NCBI GenBank assembly: GCA_001029635.1
Contig: CP011209.1
Location: forward strand, 484,970 to 548,969
Reading direction: 5' to 3'
DNA: 64,000 nt
From: Candidatus Wolfebacteria bacterium GW2011_GWB1_47_1
GTDB lineage: Bacteria > Patescibacteriota > Minisyncoccia > UBA6257 > UBA9933
This document shows, in pieces, positions 63,629-64,000 of this stretch. Every line of letters starts with the position of its first letter. Within the stretch, counting starts at the first letter, position 1. The notes below the pieces were generated by a model. It did not search any database and had not been told where the DNA came from. It worked only from the letters and a program-made list of their open reading frames with translations. Both the position numbers and the translations under genes were made by a program.

Positions 63629-64000
63629 ATGTGGGGAATATTGGCCGTTATTGGCATGGGTGTTATGTCTGTTATAGAAGTGTCTGATATTATTCTCGAA
63701 ACTCCGTACAAGGGCACTGGCGGGGGACGCGGTAAAGCAGCCAATATAACCTTATCTCCACAAGACGCAAAGCGAGCTCAGCGCAGGCGTTATGATAATT
63801 TGGTCTACCGATTAAAACAACAGGGATTACTCGAGGAAGTCGAGAAGGAAGGAAAGAAGTTCTTTCGGCTCACTGCTGAGGGGAAAAGAAAATTAACAAA
63901 ATCAAAAGAAAGCCCGTCTTTGCCATCCCTCTATTATGAAAAGGAGAAAGATGAGCGATTTGTTATCGTAATGTTTGACATACCCGAACAAGACAGGAAG
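63629..64000 (+). CDS. Partial CDS (3'-truncated): N-terminal TM plus a winged-helix (PadR/PaaX-like) regulator-type segment
   Basis: MWGILAVIGMGVMSV TM helix, then NLVYRLKQQGLLEEVEKEGKKFFRLTAEGKRKL (wHTH recognition helix and wing pattern). Runs off the window end. Confidence 0.35.
   Translation, partial: MWGILAVIGMGVMSVIEVSDIILETPYKGTGGGRGKAANITLSPQDAKRAQRRRYDNLVYRLKQQGLLEEVEKEGKKFFRLTAEGKRKLTKSKESPSLPSLYYEKEKDERFVIVMFDIPEQDRK

Overview
This 64-kb window reads as a small-genome, CPR/Patescibacteria-like chromosome: moderate-to-low GC, a near-single-strand gene order, many small membrane or secreted proteins of unknown function, and proteins of the kinds typical of these lineages (sigma-70 region 4 proteins, ECF sigma pairs, pilin-like modules). 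About 60 + strand genes are supported, interrupted by two – strand blocks: recR-dnaB, and two small genes at 50.2-50.9 kb. The core genes are secD-secF, efp, mnmA, a CopB-type Cu P-ATPase, tyrS, rplU, rpoB-rpoC, rpsF-ssb-rpsR, dnaB, recR, nadK, ppsA, tsaD, ftsW/rodA, mltG and htpX. There are five tRNAs (Ala-CGC, Pro-UGG, Phe-GAA, His-GUG, Ser-GGA).

Accessory content sits next to the tRNAs. A GC-rich island with two paralogous unknown proteins lies between tRNA-Phe and tRNA-His. After tRNA-His comes an AT-rich SDR-like gene, a hemerythrin and three rubredoxin-like zinc-ribbon modules. A PIF1 helicase, Mrr endonuclease and an HTH-less S24 peptidase form another block.

The findings that stand out most are:
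- a four-copy family of roughly 120-nt structured elements sitting right after stop codons (rplU, ppsA, rpoB and a membrane protein), with compensatory base changes that keep two nested stems;
- a REP-like palindromic unit (GTCATTCCCGCGGAGGCGGGAATGAC), one copy of which sits in-frame inside tsaD;
- two single-gene cassettes, an HExxH protein and a C39-like peptidase, each bracketed by perfect 34-43-bp direct repeats that overlap terminators;
- a GC-rich, multi-hairpin 205-bp segment bracketed by 16-bp direct repeats next to the tRNA-Pro/Phe pair;
- an orphan VirD4/TraG-like coupling ATPase with a membrane partner.

No CRISPR array, integrase or transposase was seen.
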